Below are positions 1-10,764 of a stretch of DNA of 64,000 nt, one piece after another. The position numbers and the translations under genes are program-made. The stretch is from Spirochaetota bacterium (GTDB lineage Bacteria > Spirochaetota > UBA4802 > UBA5550). Where the stretch lies: the NCBI GenBank assembly GCA_024276015.1, contig JAJRXZ010000004.1:20216-84215 (forward strand). Reading direction: 5' to 3'. The notes under the pieces were generated by a model. The model was given only the letters and a program-made list of their open reading frames with translations. It did no database searches and had not been told where the DNA came from. Each line of letters begins with the position of its first letter. Position 1 is the first letter of the stretch.

Positions 1-336
1 AAGGGAGATCTTTTTGAAACGGCAAAGATTGCCGGAATAATGGCTGCAAAAAAAAATTCCGATTTAATACCTATGTGCCATCCTTTAAATTTGACTTTTG
101 TTGATGTGGAAGTGAAAATTAACTACAAGCGGGTTGGGGTTGATATTAAATCGGAGATACATCTTGAAGGAAAAACAGGAGCTGAAATGGAAGCTCTTGC
201 AGCAGTGTCCGTTGCTGCTCTGACAGTTTATGATATGTGTAAAGCAGTGGATAAAAGTATGATTATACAGGATATAAGATTAATAAAAAAGACCGGAGGA
301 AAGTCGGATTACCGGAATAATAGTGATAAATTTTAA
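1..336 (+). CDS. moaC: cyclic pyranopterin monophosphate synthase MoaC, C-terminal part (5' end lies outside the window)
   Basis: Frame 1 is open from base 1 ([18 protein letters not shown]...). The conserved MoaC core is present: IPMCHPLNL...[32 protein letters not shown] at 334-336. Confidence 0.85.
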   Translation, partial: KGDLFETAKIAGIMAAKKNSDLIPMCHPLNLTFVDVEVKINYKRVGVDIKSEIHLEGKTGAEMEALAAVSVAALTVYDMCKAVDKSMIIQDIRLIKKTGGKSDYRNNSDKF

Positions 337-424
337 AATATTTAGATTTATATAAAAAGAATTGATAATAGCCCTTATTTTGCTATAATCCTTTATAATC
401 CCTTATAATCAGAAATAATCAGAC

Positions 425-453
425 TTGCAAAAAAATAAAACATATTATATTTT
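425..453 (+). promoter_or_regulatory. candidate sigma70-type promoter of groES-groEL
   Basis: TTGCAA at 425-430, with -10 candidates TATATT (446-451) or TATTTT (448-453) 15-17 nt downstream. It sits directly upstream of the CIRCE operator. Confidence 0.35.
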
Positions 454-462
454 TATGTATTG

Positions 463-488
463 TTAGCACTCAATTAGATGAGTGCTAA
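463..488 (+). promoter_or_regulatory. CIRCE inverted repeat (HrcA operator)
   Basis: TTAGCACTC (463-471) and GAGTGCTAA (480-488) are perfect 9-bp arms matching the CIRCE consensus. I count an 8-nt spacer, where the consensus has 9. It lies about 145 nt upstream of groES. Confidence 0.9.
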
Positions 489-631
489 CAAATTAATTTG
501 AATTTTTGATCCTATTTAATCGGTATCAATTGTCTGAGTGAAATTGTAAGTCCATTTTATTAGCAAATGAAATTCTATTTTACAATAGAAGTTTAGAATA
601 TGAAATTAAAATAATATTTAGGAGGATCTAA

Positions 632-913
632 GTGGCTATTAAACCAATTGGAGACAGAATTCTTGTAGAACTAATCGAAGAAGAAGAAAAGGTTGGTTCA
701 ATTATAGTACCGGATACAGCTAAAGAAAAACCTCAAATCGCAAAGGTAATAGCTGTTGGCGAGGGCAGAAGAGACGGTAAAGAAATTATCCCGCTTACAG
801 TAAAGGAGGGGGATAAAGTTCTTTTCGGAAAATACGCAGGCACTGAGGTAAAATATCAGGGCACAGAATATCTGCTTTTATCAGAAAATGATGTCCTTGC
901 AGTAGTTGAATAG
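632..913 (+). CDS. groES: co-chaperonin GroES
   Basis: GTG start preceded by AGGAGG. 93 aa with [10 protein letters not shown]...[12 protein letters not shown]...VGEG, typical of Cpn10. Confidence 0.97.
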   Translation: MAIKPIGDRILVELIEEEEKVGSIIVPDTAKEKPQIAKVIAVGEGRRDGKEIIPLTVKEGDKVLFGKYAGTEVKYQGTEYLLLSENDVLAVVE

Positions 914-949
914 TTTTTAAAAAGTAATCAAAAGAATAATATTTATTAA

Positions 950-2611
<1,662 letters not shown>

Positions 2612-2670
2612 TAACCTGATGCATATAGGCATTACATCAGCAATATAGAAAATAGTTGTAACATGAAATA

Positions 2671-2705
2671 AGAGAGGCTGTCTTTCACGCAGCCTCTCTT
2701 TATTA
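2671..2705 (+). terminator. intrinsic terminator after groEL
   Basis: 10-bp stem AGAGAGGCTG (2671-2680) / CAGCCTCTCT (2690-2699) with a 9-nt loop, followed by a T-rich run. Confidence 0.7.
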
Positions 2706-2843
2706 TGAAAATTAAAGCAGTAATCCCGCCTTTTTGGAATATCTCAAATTACCCCATTTTATAGATTAATAATTAATTCCCTTATACCGATGATTATGAC
2801 AGGGATTTTTACTGAATCTTAATATTTAAGGCATATAATAAGT

Positions 2844-3743
2844 ATGGACAGAGTAAAGGAAGAGAGCAGAAAATTGATCATACGGAATAGATTGAGGGAT
2901 CCCTACAGTTTTGAAGATATTCTGGGAATTAAGGATATAATAATTGAGAGAATAAAAGAGATCGATTTTTCGAGAGTGACCTTTATAGAACCATATTCCA
3001 TGCTTTCTCTGCTTCTTTTGGGCAGAATTTTTCTCAGAAGCCGCGGCGAGAAACTCAGAATTATCAATATACCGGTAAATATTCATCAATATCTGGCCAG
3101 AATGGATTTTCTGAAAACAGGGATGTATGATATCCCTGAGAGATTAAATGAAAGACTTTTTTTGAAAAGAAGCGCCTTCAGCTCTCGTGTAATAGAAATA
3201 ACCGAGATCCCCAATAAAGAGGTGGAAAGCATTAAAGTAATTTCGGAAATTATTGAGTTGTTCAGAAAGAGAGCCAGACATATCCTTAAGTACTGGATGT
3301 CCGATGTTATAATTGACCTCTTTGTTACTGTTATTTCGGAATTATGCCAAAATATCTTTGAGCACAGTCTGGATTCGGGATTTCTTGCAATTCAGACTTA
3401 TTCGCTTGGCCGGGAGAATATACTGAGGGTTGTAATTTCCGATTCCGGTATCGGTATTGAAAAAAGTTTTGATGAAAGATCGGATATTAAGTATGATTCG
3501 TCCGCCAAGTTAATTGAAATGGTGCTCACCACTCCGATTTCAAGTAAGCGTAAATTCGGTTACGGACTCTGTCAGGTTAACGCAATTGTGGAAAAATTAA
3601 AGGGAACAATTTTTATACGGTCAGGTAACGCTTCCGTAACCGGTTTATATCATAAGAAGACCAAAGGTTCGGCATATATGTTCTTAAAAAATAACCTGAG
3701 TTATTTTGAAGGTACTCAGATATCAATAACGCTGTCCGGATAA
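2844..3743 (+). CDS. STAS-like N-terminal domain fused to a GHKL (HATPase_c, RsbW/SpoIIAB-like) ATP-binding domain
   Basis: N-terminus IDFSRVTFIEPYSMLSLLLLGR...RIINIPVNIHQYLARMDFLK is STAS-like. C-terminus carries an N-box-like ELCQNIFEHS, a G1-like ISDSGIGI and a G2-like FGYGLCQV. Confidence 0.7.
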   Translation: MDRVKEESRKLIIRNRLRDPYSFEDILGIKDIIIERIKEIDFSRVTFIEPYSMLSLLLLGRIFLRSRGEKLRIINIPVNIHQYLARMDFLKTGMYDIPERLNERLFLKRSAFSSRVIEITEIPNKEVESIKVISEIIELFRKRARHILKYWMSDVIIDLFVTVISELCQNIFEHSLDSGFLAIQTYSLGRENILRVVISDSGIGIEKSFDERSDIKYDSSAKLIEMVLTTPISSKRKFGYGLCQVNAIVEKLKGTIFIRSGNASVTGLYHKKTKGSAYMFLKNNLSYFEGTQISITLSG

Positions 3744-3755
3744 GGGCGGGGGAAG

Positions 3756-4307
3756 ATGTATATTAATATAAAGAAAATTGCAGAAGAATTAGAAATAAAC
3801 AGATCGGATCTGATCGCAAGATTAAACGGGCGTTTGATCTATCAGAAGGCTTTAAAAATTATTGAAAATATTAATAGAGGCGAAACAGTAATTCTGGATT
3901 TTCAGGGTATAAGGGTTGTGGATTCGTCTTTTATTGATGAATTTATTATCAATCTTATAAAGAGGTCTATTGACAGTTCCAAAGATTTTTATATTAAACT
4001 TAAAAATCTTTCCAAAACAATTGAAATTAATATTGACTCTGTATTGAATACATATTTTAATTATAACAATGAGAAGATCGCCGTCCTTACTGAAGAAATT
4101 TGTTTGAACAATAATTTTTTCATTGGACCTCTTAATGATATTGAAAAGGATATTATCAATTATTTAAGGGTGAACAGATCGGGAGCTTTAAGTGATCTTG
4201 AAGATTTTACAGGTTTAAACAGGGGAATCCTGAAAGAAACAATGGACTTCTTATGTAAAATTAAACTTGTAAAGAAAGATCGCAAAGATCTATTCAGCTC
4301 TCTCTAA
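3756..4307 (+). CDS. DUF4325 (STAS-like) domain protein with a probable C-terminal winged-helix
   Basis: VILDFQGIRVVDSSFIDEFIINL matches the DUF4325 signature as I recall it. The tail INYLRVNRSGALSDLEDFTGLNRGILKETMDFL looks like a wHTH. It starts 13 nt after the previous gene. Confidence 0.6.
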   Translation: MYINIKKIAEELEINRSDLIARLNGRLIYQKALKIIENINRGETVILDFQGIRVVDSSFIDEFIINLIKRSIDSSKDFYIKLKNLSKTIEINIDSVLNTYFNYNNEKIAVLTEEICLNNNFFIGPLNDIEKDIINYLRVNRSGALSDLEDFTGLNRGILKETMDFLCKIKLVKKDRKDLFSSL

Positions 4308-4402
4308 GTTTAAAATCTGTAGTTTTTTTCAATAAAAAGTGATCATTTCTTGATCATATTGTTAAAAGACCGGTTAAGTTTAATTATATTTGAATATTAC
4401 AA

Positions 4403-4876
4403 ATGAAAGGACTTGCAAGGAAAGTAAAATCGAAAAAAAAGGATGAATATCTCTTCGGATTGTTAGCATCTTACAAATCGAATCATACATATATAAAGAT
4501 CCTTGAGTCCGAAGAGAAGGGGCTTATTGCCCTTTTTTTAACCGATAATCCGAAGAATTGGTCCAATGTTCCTGAAGATAAATTCAGCAGTTACCGGGAA
4601 TTAAGGCGGCTGGAAATTGGCGCTGATAAATTGTCCCTGAAGTTCCTTCTTCCTGAACAGATCGTAAGGATCAGAGGCCCCTTATTAAACATAAAGATTC
4701 CCCCGGGAAAAGTCGAGATCATTAATAGCCTTAGCGAGGGCGGGTTTTATATTCTTGAAGCTCCGGTTAAATACAAACAGAAAATCTTAATTGGTGTGAA
4801 TAAAATTTTAAACTTAAGCCCCCAGAAAAAGTACGAGATTATCGAAAAGTGTTTAGCTGAGAGCCAGGAATTATAA
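4403..4876 (+). CDS. hypothetical protein (157 aa)
   Basis: Long ORF co-directional with its neighbours. The stop lies 1 nt before the next start. No motif recognised. Confidence 0.55.
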   Translation: MKGLARKVKSKKKDEYLFGLLASYKSNHTYIKILESEEKGLIALFLTDNPKNWSNVPEDKFSSYRELRRLEIGADKLSLKFLLPEQIVRIRGPLLNIKIPPGKVEIINSLSEGGFYILEAPVKYKQKILIGVNKILNLSPQKKYEIIEKCLAESQEL

Positions 4877-4877
4877 A

Positions 4878-5921
4878 ATGTCAGAACAGTATAACTCTTT
4901 AAACGAAAAAACGAAATTGATTGATCTGTCCCTTAAGTATACCGGCGGAGATATGAACAAAGCCAAAGCCATGGCTTCGGGACAGTATCTTGACGTTATT
5001 GTTGTTGCCGGAAAGTTTGCAGTTGAAGAAACGGGACAGTCCGGGATGTTTTTTATCAGCGTTAATACATTTGACGAATATATTGCAAAAGTATTCACTT
5101 TGTTGAAAGATGATCCCGGTCTTTTTGACAAAGTGAGGATCTTTGACGATTGGAAATCGCTTTATAATGACGCTCTCTTTTATTCAAAGGAACCGGATAC
5201 TGTTAATTCCGATCAGTTAAGCGATCACATCCTTGACTCGAGTATCAGTACGGATATTTTTGCCGAGGTTCAGGACGAAGATCTGGCCGGTCTCATAAGA
5301 AAGATAAACAGTATGCTTCAGAATTATTTTAATGTGCCTTCGGTTCTATGTCAGATCAATCTGAATAAGACCAGCTCCCTCGCTATGGAGCTTGCAGGTA
5401 TAACCATTGATGTTCCTGAAAGAGAAGCCCCTGAAGAGGAAAAACCGGAAGAGCATATTGAAGAAATTATAACCGAAGAAGATAAAAGAATAAGAAAGAT
5501 TGAAGAAGAAGCAAATTATATTGTGAACGGGTCTATCATTGTATCTCCGGTTTCCGGGAAGTATATTAATGATATTGAAATTGGTGAAATGATCAAAGTG
5601 ATTTTACCCGGGAAAGATCCGGTAACCAGAAAACTGATTGACGTTCTCAATGCAAAGAATGAAGAAGGGGAAATTAGGCCCGTAAAAGGAAGGCTTAAGG
5701 CAAAAGTGCCTCTTGAGAAGAGCGGATATATACTTTATACGCTCATAGCAAAGGGAGTTCTTGCAAAAATAGTTGAAGAGGAGAATGTCAAGATCCAGAT
5801 TGAAGCCGGTGTTAAAGAGATACAGAAGGAGAGTAAAAGGGACAGCAGGCTTCTCTTAATGCTGGCAATCCTGATTGGCCTGGTTATTGTTGCAGGAATA
5901 ATTCTTATTAATGTACTGTAA
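4878..5921 (+). CDS. hypothetical tail-anchored membrane protein with a UBA-like N-terminus and an acidic linker
   Basis: N-terminal LKYTGGDMNKAKAMASG resembles a UBA/EF-Ts-N fold motif. Acidic stretch EREAPEEEKPEEHIEEIITEED. C-terminal TM LLLMLAILIGLVIVAGIILINVL. Confidence 0.6.
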   Translation: MSEQYNSLNEKTKLIDLSLKYTGGDMNKAKAMASGQYLDVIVVAGKFAVEETGQSGMFFISVNTFDEYIAKVFTLLKDDPGLFDKVRIFDDWKSLYNDALFYSKEPDTVNSDQLSDHILDSSISTDIFAEVQDEDLAGLIRKINSMLQNYFNVPSVLCQINLNKTSSLAMELAGITIDVPEREAPEEEKPEEHIEEIITEEDKRIRKIEEEANYIVNGSIIVSPVSGKYINDIEIGEMIKVILPGKDPVTRKLIDVLNAKNEEGEIRPVKGRLKAKVPLEKSGYILYTLIAKGVLAKIVEEENVKIQIEAGVKEIQKESKRDSRLLLMLAILIGLVIVAGIILINVL

Positions 5922-6840
5922 CGGTAAAGTGTTTCGGTCCTGTTTAACTTCTGCATGCCTCATCATATTGCTGCAATTTGCATCCCCTCTGATGTCTCAA
6001 ATGCCGGAATGGAAATTCTACAGAGACAGAGACGGCAATACATATTATATCGACAGGAGCGGTAAGATACGCACATCTGGTAAACCCGAATTTAACTTCA
6101 AACCCGTTTCACCGCAGGGAATCGATTATTATCTTAATCATGCAGAGCAATTATTAAAGGGGCATTATAAAGTTGAAGGGTTAATACTGCTGAAATCGAT
6201 TCTTGCTCTGCCTGTCAGTAACAACAGGGTCTATAAAGCCCAGACTGAAGCTGCCAAAAGAATAAATTATATTAAAAAAAGGGAAGGCGGCAGATTCAAC
6301 GGATTGAATGAAATGGCTTCTCTGATGCTTATTAAGAATAGCGGGAACACTGTTGTCATAAACGACAATATGTTTTATTCAATAGAAATTCCCGGCACTG
6401 CGGCTATTCTGAGGTCAAGGTTCAGGAAGAGACCCTATTACAGATATCACGGCTTGCTGATAGGTATAAATTTAAAAAAGAGCTTAAGTCTTTCTTCGGG
6501 CACTGATCCGAAATTCGATCTTCTCCTTGCCGTGGACAGTGAAAGATATTCGGTATCACTGAAAAGTATAAAGAGGGTTGTGAATAACTGGCGCACAAAT
6601 CTCGGTTTTGAAAATATATCGAGAGAGGAGGTTAAAAAGGATCGGAATAGCTATATCCTCAGATTTTATAAAAAAGAGAAACCTCTTTTATCCGGTTTTG
6701 AAGGATATTTTTTTAACGGGAAATTCGGGTATATGGTCAGAGCAATTTCTTCAGGAGAAAAATTCACCAAATTTAAGGATAAAATCAGAGATATTATTTT
6801 CAGCTTTAAATTTGTTGAGTTAAAATCTCAAGAGAGATAA
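5911..6840 (+). CDS. hypothetical secreted protein (309 aa)
   Basis: 11-nt overlap with the upstream gene. Hydrophobic N-terminus CLTSACLIILLQFASPLMSQ. No domain recognised. Confidence 0.55.
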   Translation: MYCNGKVFRSCLTSACLIILLQFASPLMSQMPEWKFYRDRDGNTYYIDRSGKIRTSGKPEFNFKPVSPQGIDYYLNHAEQLLKGHYKVEGLILLKSILALPVSNNRVYKAQTEAAKRINYIKKREGGRFNGLNEMASLMLIKNSGNTVVINDNMFYSIEIPGTAAILRSRFRKRPYYRYHGLLIGINLKKSLSLSSGTDPKFDLLLAVDSERYSVSLKSIKRVVNNWRTNLGFENISREEVKKDRNSYILRFYKKEKPLLSGFEGYFFNGKFGYMVRAISSGEKFTKFKDKIRDIIFSFKFVELKSQER

Positions 6841-6865
6841 TATGAGATGCGTATAGATTGTTAAA

Positions 6866-7336
6866 TTAATCGAAAAATTTTCCATCATACATCAGAGCGG
6901 TCTCTTTGCAGTTGTCTTTATTTTTACATTTACTGCAGTCTTTCCATATTTTTTCAGGCAGAGAATCTTTTGGGACTTCCAGAAAACCGTTCTTTTTAAA
7001 AAAGTCCGGAATATATGTCAGTGTGAAGATTTTTGAATTTTCAAGACCGGAAATTTTTTTTATTAATGCTTCCAGAAGCAATGACCCGATCCCGTTTCTC
7101 AATTCGCTTTTTATAACGCTCAGCGACCTGATCTCTTTTAAATTAGGCCCGTAATCATAAAATGATATAACCCCGATGGTTTGCTTGTCTCTTTTGGCAA
7201 TCAGAAATTTATCGATTGATCCGGTAATATCGTCTATACTCCTCTCCAGAATGATCTCTTCATCTGAGTAAATTTTAATTATGCTATAAATTGATAATGC
7301 GTCGCTTATGTCCGGTTCGATAATTTCTGGTTTCAT
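6866..7336 (-). CDS. GNAT family N-acetyltransferase (ArgA-like short form)
   Basis: Acetyl-CoA-binding-like motif RNGIGSLLLEALIKK. C-terminal Cys cluster CSKCKNKDNC, as seen in COG1246-type proteins. Confidence 0.7.
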   Translation of the reverse strand: MKPEIIEPDISDALSIYSIIKIYSDEEIILERSIDDITGSIDKFLIAKRDKQTIGVISFYDYGPNLKEIRSLSVIKSELRNGIGSLLLEALIKKISGLENSKIFTLTYIPDFFKKNGFLEVPKDSLPEKIWKDCSKCKNKDNCKETALMYDGKFFD

Positions 7337-7458
7337 AATAAAATTATATTAAATATAGTTTATGTAATCAATACCGGGTGGGTATGATGCTGCGCCAATG
7401 GGCTGCAAAAACTCTCCTTGCAAAGGCTGTATCGTAAAAAAGTCCGGGATACGATTGT

Positions 7459-8043
7459 TTACTTCCTTTTTAAAATTTTAATATTTGATGCAAGTAGGTT
7501 TTTCGAATAGACACTGAATTTTTTTAATATTATTTCCGCTTCTTTCTGATTTTTATAGGGACCGGTAAAGATCTGGAATTGGTCTCTGTCTCTTGATAAG
7601 ATTACAGTGTGGCCTTTATTACTGAGAAAGTCTGCAATTTTTTGCGATTTATTGCTGCTGAATCCATTGCCGATCTTTATTACAAAGGGGTATTCTTCTT
7701 TCGGAAAAGAGGCGCTCTTGAATTTTTCAACATTTTTATTTCTGTTGAATATATTTGTTACTTTTGATCTTATTCCGGAAACAGCTTTAAATGTTTTTTC
7801 ATCAACAATTTTCCTGTTTGATCCTCCGGCAAATTTTATTCCTATAACAATTCCGGTTGTAAAAGATATTATGCAGAGTGCTGCAATAACAAAAATTACT
7901 CTGCTTGCATGTTTCTTCTTTCTTGCTTCTTCTTTATAATGAAATTTTGACATTCTTGAGAAATATTCGGGGTCATTTCTATTAATCTGGTGAGGATTCT
8001 CCCTTATGTTTTTCCCATTATAAAAATCAATATTTTGCATCAT
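7459..8043 (-). CDS. SPOR domain-containing membrane protein
   Basis: One TM (VIFVIAALCIISFTTGIVIGI). C-terminal SPOR-like FVIKIGNGFSSNKSQKIADFLSNKGHTVIL...FQIFTGPYKNQKEAEIILKKF. Confidence 0.75.
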   Translation of the reverse strand: MMQNIDFYNGKNIRENPHQINRNDPEYFSRMSKFHYKEEARKKKHASRVIFVIAALCIISFTTGIVIGIKFAGGSNRKIVDEKTFKAVSGIRSKVTNIFNRNKNVEKFKSASFPKEEYPFVIKIGNGFSSNKSQKIADFLSNKGHTVILSRDRDQFQIFTGPYKNQKEAEIILKKFSVYSKNLLASNIKILKRK

Positions 8044-8171
8044 ATTGCCCCTGTCCCAGTCAGATTTTGCAGTTAAAATTTATTAATATATAATTAACCC
8101 GGTAATAATTTATTTTTCGACAGGAAAGTTTTAAATCATAAGAAAAAAGTGAATTTATGATTATAATGATA

Positions 8172-8460
8172 CATGAGGGCTGGCGGGAACCTCCTTTCTC
8201 TTTCCAGACAGTAAATCCTCTGCAAAAAGAAGCGAAAAGCCGAGGCCGATTTTTTAACATCCATGTCAAAATCGGCATTACCGGCATTCTGCCGGTAAGA
8301 CTGTTTGAGCCTGAAATGAAGAGCAAGTTCTGCGCCGAACAGGATGTTCAAGTGCCGCGGTGTGCACGGATGCACATGAACTGCGGCCAGGCTTTTGAGC
8401 TTTTTTGCAGAGGAAATCGGGATAAATCCTATCTTCGGAGGCAAATTTTCTCCTCTGATG
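8172..8460. ncRNA. candidate structured non-coding RNA, family not identified (weak hint for the minus strand)
   Basis: GC-rich island inside otherwise AT-rich spacers, open in frames on both strands with no protein signal. Nested helices: 8217-8228/8402-8413 (12 bp), 8235-8241/8390-8396 (7 bp), 8245-8253/8268-8276 (9 bp), 8278-8286/8290-8298 (9 bp), and 8361-8366/8371-8376 inside 8354-8358/8383-8387. Confidence 0.4.
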
Positions 8461-8463
8461 AAT

Positions 8464-9627
8464 CTAAATAACACGTACCATAATAATATCGTTTATCTGT
8501 TTCAGCTCATTTACCGTGTCCTCGTCAATATCTCCGTCAATATCAATAATATTGTATGCATAATTGTCTTTGCTTTTATTGAGCAGATAGGCAATATTAA
8601 TATTATGTCCGGCAAGAACATTTGAGATCTGTCCGATCATATTGGGAACATTTTTATTTGCAATTGTTATTCTTTTCATCCCGGAGTAGGGAAGAACGCA
8701 GTCAGGAAAGTTTACGGAATTTGAGATATTTCCATGTTCCAGGTAATCCATGATCTCCATAACAGCCATTTTTGCGCAATTCTCTTCGGATTCCGGTGTT
8801 GATGCTCCGAGATGGGGTATGGGGATAACATTATCGATGTTGAGAAGCTCCTCTTCAGGGAAATCCGTAACATACATGGCAACTTTTTCTTCATTTATTG
8901 CAGCAATGAGATCCTTGTTGTTTACCAGTCCCCCCCTTGCAAAATTGAGTATGCGTATCCCCTTTTTCATAATATTAAATTTGTTCTTATTGATTATGCC
9001 TTTGGTCTCGTCATTAAGGGGGATATGCAGGCTGATATAGTCCGATTCGGCAAGGATACTATCAAGACTGATAGCTTTTTTTATTGCTCTTGAAAGACCC
9101 CATGCTGATTCAACGGAAATAAAGGGGTCAAATCCGGCAACATCCATGCCCAGTGCATGGGCATCGTTTGCTACCATTACGCCAATGGCGCCAAGGCCCA
9201 CAACGCCCAGTTTTTTGCCTTTAATTTCCGGACCTTTGAAATTTGCTTTATTGCTCTCAATTAGTTTGGGGATTGTATCACCCTGTCCTGCAAGGGATTT
9301 AGCCCATGTAATTCCTCTGAATATCTTTCTTGATGATATTAAAAGTCCCAGCAAAACAAGTTCCTTAACGGCATTGGCATTTGCGCCTGGAGTATTAAAC
9401 ACAACAATTCCCTTTTCAGAGCAGGCTTCGACAGGAATATTGTTAACCCCTGCGCCTGCTCTTGCAATTGCTTTCAATGAATGGGGCAGTTCCATATTGT
9501 GCATATCTGTGCTTCTGACAATTATAGCATCCGGATTAATTATCTCAGTTGCATATTCATATTTCTCAGTTGGAAATAATTTCAATCCTTCCGATGATAT
9601 TTTATTTAATTTCTGAATTTTATACAT
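8464..9627 (-). CDS. serA: D-3-phosphoglycerate dehydrogenase with a C-terminal ACT domain
   Basis: 387 aa with a 2-hydroxyacid dehydrogenase NAD-binding motif GVVGLGAIGVMVA, catalytic-region LNFARGGLV, and an ACT-like tail. Confidence 0.9.
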   Translation of the reverse strand: MYKIQKLNKISSEGLKLFPTEKYEYATEIINPDAIIVRSTDMHNMELPHSLKAIARAGAGVNNIPVEACSEKGIVVFNTPGANANAVKELVLLGLLISSRKIFRGITWAKSLAGQGDTIPKLIESNKANFKGPEIKGKKLGVVGLGAIGVMVANDAHALGMDVAGFDPFISVESAWGLSRAIKKAISLDSILAESDYISLHIPLNDETKGIINKNKFNIMKKGIRILNFARGGLVNNKDLIAAINEEKVAMYVTDFPEEELLNIDNVIPIPHLGASTPESEENCAKMAVMEIMDYLEHGNISNSVNFPDCVLPYSGMKRITIANKNVPNMIGQISNVLAGHNINIAYLLNKSKDNYAYNIIDIDGDIDEDTVNELKQINDIIMVRVI

Positions 9628-9638
9628 TCTTAAGCTAC

Positions 9639-10721
9639 TTAGCTGTTCTCTTTTTCAAAGGTTTTCATAAATTCAATAAGTTTTTGTACGCCTTCAACAG
9701 GCATTGCATTATATATACTGGCTCTCATACCTCCTACGGATCTGTGGCCTTTCAATGTAACTAACCCTTCCTGAGCGGCCTCTTTAATAAATTTTGCGTC
9801 AAGTTCGTCAGAACCTGTAATAAATGGTATGTTCATGAGAGACCTGTATTTTTTCTCAACAGTTGATTTGAACATTTTTGAATTGTCGAGGTGATCGTAT
9901 AAAAGTTCCGCTTTGTACGAATTGATTTTTTCAATTTCAGCGAGCCCTCCCTTTTTCTTTATCATTTCAAAGACAAGTTTCGCAATATATATGCAATATG
10001 TGGGGGGGGTATTGAACATTGAGTTATTGTCAGCGTGAGTCTTGTAATTAAACATAGTGGGAGTTATATCCATGGCATTCCCGATCAGGTCATCCCTGAT
10101 TATTACAATAGTTAGACCGGCAGGCCCTATATTTTTTTGAGCGCCTGCAAAAATAATTCCGAATCTATTTAGATCAACAGGTTCCGAAAGAATATTTGAC
10201 GACATATCTGCAACAAGGGGTACGTCTCCGGTATGGGGCAGTTCTCTGTAGCGTGTGCCGTATATTGTATTATTTGTGCAAATGTAAAAATAATCCGCTT
10301 CAGAGTCAAATTTGCTTTTATCAAGTTCGGGTATGTATGAAAAGTTTCTGTCTTCAGATGATGCAACAATATTGACCCTGCCGTAGCGTTTTGCTTCGGA
10401 GATGGCTTTTTTTGTCCAGTTTCCGGTATGTATCAGGTCGCACTTTTTGCTTTTATTAAAGAGATTCATGGGAACCATTGCAAACTGGCTTGACGCTCCT
10501 CCCTGAAGAAAGAGGACTTTATAATTTTCAGGGATGTTCATGATCTCCCTGAGCAGCGATTCGGTTTCATTGAATATTTCAATGAATTCGGCGGATCTGT
10601 GACTCATCTCCATCACCGACATTCCCGTATCCCTGTACTCCGGTAATTCCTCTGCGGCTTTTTTCAGAACTTCTTCCGGTAGAGCTGCGGGCCCCGCGGA
10701 AAAATTGTAAACCCTTGACAT
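9639..10721 (-). CDS. serC: phosphoserine aminotransferase
   Basis: 360 aa. N-terminus YNFSAGPAALPEEVL and the overall class-V aminotransferase pattern. It ends 11 nt upstream of serA. Confidence 0.92.
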   Translation of the reverse strand: MSRVYNFSAGPAALPEEVLKKAAEELPEYRDTGMSVMEMSHRSAEFIEIFNETESLLREIMNIPENYKVLFLQGGASSQFAMVPMNLFNKSKKCDLIHTGNWTKKAISEAKRYGRVNIVASSEDRNFSYIPELDKSKFDSEADYFYICTNNTIYGTRYRELPHTGDVPLVADMSSNILSEPVDLNRFGIIFAGAQKNIGPAGLTIVIIRDDLIGNAMDITPTMFNYKTHADNNSMFNTPPTYCIYIAKLVFEMIKKKGGLAEIEKINSYKAELLYDHLDNSKMFKSTVEKKYRSLMNIPFITGSDELDAKFIKEAAQEGLVTLKGHRSVGGMRASIYNAMPVEGVQKLIEFMKTFEKENS

Positions 10722-10764
10722 GTTAAACTCCTTAGTAGTTAATTATTATTTTATGCAAAATCTA

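Noticed and set aside
7375-7458. A slightly GC-richer patch between the GNAT and SPOR genes, considered as a small RNA or SRP RNA.
   Set aside because: Only short, weak hairpins are present (ATCGTA/TACGAT, TGCAAA/TTTGCA). There is no SRP or other conserved motif. Most likely it is just a weak terminator/promoter region.
8172-8460. Naming the structured island as RNase P RNA, tmRNA or a glycine riboswitch.
   Set aside because: There are short resemblances: AAAAGCCTGG/CGGCTTTT to RNase P P4, CCCGCCAGC to a tmRNA 3' end, and GGAGA...CCGAAG...CTCTGCAAAA to the glycine aptamer. But GAGGAAAGTCC, ACAGAA-CCGGCTTA, a tRNA-like acceptor/T-arm, a tag ORF and the helix order are all missing. The length is also too short for RNase P.
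8136-8474. Overlapping 112-aa (-) and 104-aa (+) ORFs in the serA/SPOR spacer, considered as protein genes.
   Set aside because: Both strands are open simply because the segment is GC-rich. There is no RBS and no recognisable motif, and the dense helices fit an RNA better. The region is reported as an ncRNA candidate instead.
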